Positions 61,212 through 64,000 of a DNA stretch of 64,000 nt are shown here, piece after piece; positions within the stretch are counted from its first letter, which is position 1, and every line of letters begins with the position of its first letter. Under the pieces are notes generated by a model that was given only the letters and a program-made list of their open reading frames with translations, was not told where the DNA came from and made no database searches. Source of the stretch: Oculina patagonica (taxonomy: Eukaryota); contig NC_135764.1 of NCBI RefSeq assembly GCF_052425735.1, positions 3,658,001-3,722,000 on the forward strand, given 5' to 3'. The position numbers were made by a program, and so were the translations under genes.

Positions 61212-62476
61212 CATTAAGCCAATCAGAACTCGAGGCAACATTAAGCGTGCGATCGGTGCCAAGCGCGGGAAAACGCACGTGGACCAAGACACGATTTGTT
61301 TTGATTGGTTGAAGCAAATTGCACGAGTTTTATTAACCAATCACAGGGCTCATGTATCCTTAAAGCAAAGTAAGGAAATAGTATTTACTTTTTATAAGAA
61401 CTGAATAACTAGAAAACCACTCTCAAATTGACTAGAGAGAGGAAAAGTATAGTATACCGATGACGAAGAAAAAGGTTACTGATCGAAACGCAAAATAAAT
61501 CAAGTTTTATATCTATAAATTCCAAGAAAATGTAATCAGAGAATCGTACATTCTCAGATTAAAATGGAATGTTTCCCTGTCTAGCTTTCATGACGAACTC
61601 CCTGCTCTTTCTTCTTTCTTTTTTTTATTTTGTATCTTGGGGGGGGGGGGAGGGGCTTTTCGAATTCTGATCAGGATAAAGTGATACGATAGCTTTTTTT
61701 TTTTAGAGGGAATGTTTAAGTCCACCTTACCTTTTTTATTTGTACCTAACTATATATGTTTAATCCCTCCCTTATAATCCCCCCGCAAAAAGGTATTCAA
61801 ACGAAATAAGTCCCCAGTGGGCTTAATAGGGCTTTTAAGGTAATGCTCCCTTTGTTAAACATTTTCGCTCGTTAAGAGAATCACCATGGAGATGATAATA
61901 TTCTCGAAAACGCTCGGTGTTATGTAAATATTTTTCCCGTTCTTTCCTTTATATTTTTACATGTAAATCCCCCTTTCATGAATTTTGCCACCGGCTTTAG
62001 TCTGAAGAGGGAACAATTGACTTCACAGGAAATCTATCAAGTATTTGAAATCTTTTGTTTTCGCAGTCAGGAGACAGGTTGAAGTATTTGTAAACAACTT
62101 TTAAATGGGTGTTAGAAATTAGCGGTTTTTTACTTGCGTGAGTTTAATAGAGAGCCGCTACCGACACCTGCGTTTTTTTTCTTGCTCAGCCAATCAAGTC
62201 TAAAGAATTTTAAACAACTTTTCTAATTTGAAACCAAAACAGTGTTTCAAGCTGCTGAAAAACAGTTTTATCCGACGATGTTGAGTGGCATGTCTCAATC
62301 ACCACGACTCTCTTCAAATTATTGGTAGTTGGTCGCATACAGCTGGCTTTTGTTGGTTTTCAGTCCAGTAATGACACAGCGAATTATAATCAGAAAATTT
62401 CAAAATCAAATGTTAGACATCTAGTTCGCACCAAAACCTGTCGTTCTGAAGTGAGGTTTAAAATTTTGAGCTGTAA

Positions 62477-62762
62477 ATGGCGACCGCTTGCAAAACATTA
62501 TTGAAACGTCTGGTCGGATTTTTGGGTTATGTTTTAATCGGAGCAGCTATTTTTATGCAGATTGAAAAGAACAAAGATAAAGAAGCAGCTACCCACACAT
62601 TTGAGGAATTACAGCGTCAATGGGCAAAGGAATATAATTTATCCAAGGAAAACATCACTAAGATGATACAAGATTACGACAACGTGAGAGAAAACGGAGT
62701 AAAACCAGCGTGGAGTTTCCTCAACGCGGTATATTATGTATTACAACTTGTCACGACAATAG
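62477..62762 (+). CDS. K2P potassium channel, exon 1 of a tandem paralogue (remainder beyond the window)
   Basis: MATACKTLLKRLVGFLGYVLIGAAIFMQIE...PAWSFLNAVYYVLQLVTTI-G|gtaaaa; highly similar to 58996-59286 with an intact frame. Confidence 0.9.
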
Positions 62763-63398
62763 GTAAAATAGTTATTTTTATTAAGTGCATGCTAATTAAA
62801 ATTTATCATACTCAATTTCTTATGCAACTTTATATAAAGGCTTAAAAATAATTGCTCGTTCTTTGGTTACTTTTGAGTTTAAAGCTCGTACATTGCCAAA
62901 ATTTAACCTTTAAACAGAGTCGGTAAGAACTTGGGCCATTTCGTGGTAAAGCTGATATTTAATTTTTTCTATTGGTGCGTATTTTTAAGTTGCGCACGGA
63001 TGTAAGCTGAAAAAAGTTAAACTTTGCTTATCCACAGAGGAAAGCCGTAAATGTATTTTATTTTACGCAAGTAAAAAATCCTCGTCAGTACGTATATAAA
63101 AATTTACTCGTTAATGGACCAACTTTGTTTAATTATTATCAGCATACGGATGCAGAACATAAATATGACTAGTCGGCTTTGAATATTTCAGCCATTTTTT
63201 TTGCCTGTTTCCACGCGTATTCAGCCGAATCACTTGAAATACATTGTTAAAACGGAAAGTTGCCGCGAATAAAGGATTGATGTACAAATATACGATTTGC
63301 ATAATTAACATATGCAGAATAAATTCATTTTCTTTATTCTGTCAACTAGTCCTTCATAGGAAAGATAGAACCCGCAATAATGACCTATCTCCCAATTT

Positions 63399-63520
63399 GT
63401 GGCTTCATAGCTCAACATATTGGTGGGACATCGCACCAGTATCGTAGAGGTGACGGTTCGAATTTTGTTGAAGGCATGAGCTATTTTTCAGGCTTGTCTT
63501 CCCCAATTGCTTAAATTGGT
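63399..63520 (+). mobile_element. Degenerate tRNA-headed repeat (SINE-like)
   Basis: ggcttcatagctca...tggt...catcgcacc...gaggtgacggttcgaat: A/B-box-like head without a clean cloverleaf. Confidence 0.55.
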
Positions 63521-63589
63521 GGTCTCACGAAGAAGGTAGACTCATTGCTTTTATAATTTACATAAAAACATTAAAAAACAAGGAGAAGT

Positions 63590-63901
63590 GGTGCGCTTTC
63601 CATTCGATCAAAAATTTTGGAAATTTCAGAAAGGGAACGAAAGACTCGAAAAATTTTCTGGGAATTTTTCTAGAAAATCCGAAAACTGTTGAATTATCGG
63701 AATGCGAACCATTCAACCGAAAATTCCGGTTGCAAATCGAATGGAACTGAAATTTACGGAAAGAAAAATTAGAAAAAATTCAAGAATTTGGGCATACCTC
63801 GCGAGGTTGCCGTTTCAGTTTTCTCAAAAATTTCGGGAAAAAATCGATGCTAGAAAATGGTGTCAGACATTCGCAACTGGATGTTGGATGGAAAATGCCT
63901 C
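63590..63901. mobile_element. Degenerate Harbinger-like MITE
   Basis: ggtgcgctttccattc ... gatggaaaatgcct termini; internal ggaaatttc/ttccgg repeats. Confidence 0.5.
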
Positions 63902-64000
63902 TAATTAATATTTTTGCTCAGTGTAACTGAACTTGTTTTGCCAACCTACTGATTTGTTTTCCTTTTTTTCTAATAAAGGTCTTTTTTTACTTAACCCTAT

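Noticed and set aside
1-64000. CRISPR arrays, rRNA, operons or other prokaryotic systems
   Set aside because: The sequence is eukaryotic with spliceosomal introns; no regularly spaced repeat-spacer arrays or rRNA similarity were seen.

Overview
AT-rich, intron-containing animal genomic DNA. The repeat families and gene set suggest a cnidarian, probably a stony coral (inference). Reading splice sites by hand gives ten protein-coding loci. (1) The last four exons of METTL2 (tRNA m3C methyltransferase, +). (2) A complete two-exon Snail gene on the opposite strand, nested in the 12-kb last intron of METTL2. (3) NIFK/Nop15 (-, 6 exons). (4) An intronless MDH1B (+), head-to-head with NIFK across only 123 bp that carry two Myc-type E-boxes and an RFX X-box. 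(5) A two-exon K2P potassium channel. (6) An intronless class I SAM methyltransferase. (7) An unusual multi-exon gene encoding a PNGase-type PAW domain fused to a synaptotagmin-like (Slp) C2B domain that is split by a ~460-aa acidic insert. (8) A short calponin-homology-only MICAL-L/EHBP1-like gene. (9-10) Two tandem K2P paralogues, one frameshifted and one running off the window. Introns and intergenic DNA contain many MITEs (5-bp, 9-bp, TA, TTA and TTAA target duplications), tRNA-derived SINEs and a LINE remnant. The most novel-looking item is the PAW-split-C2 protein. All homology calls are from recalled motifs, not database searches.
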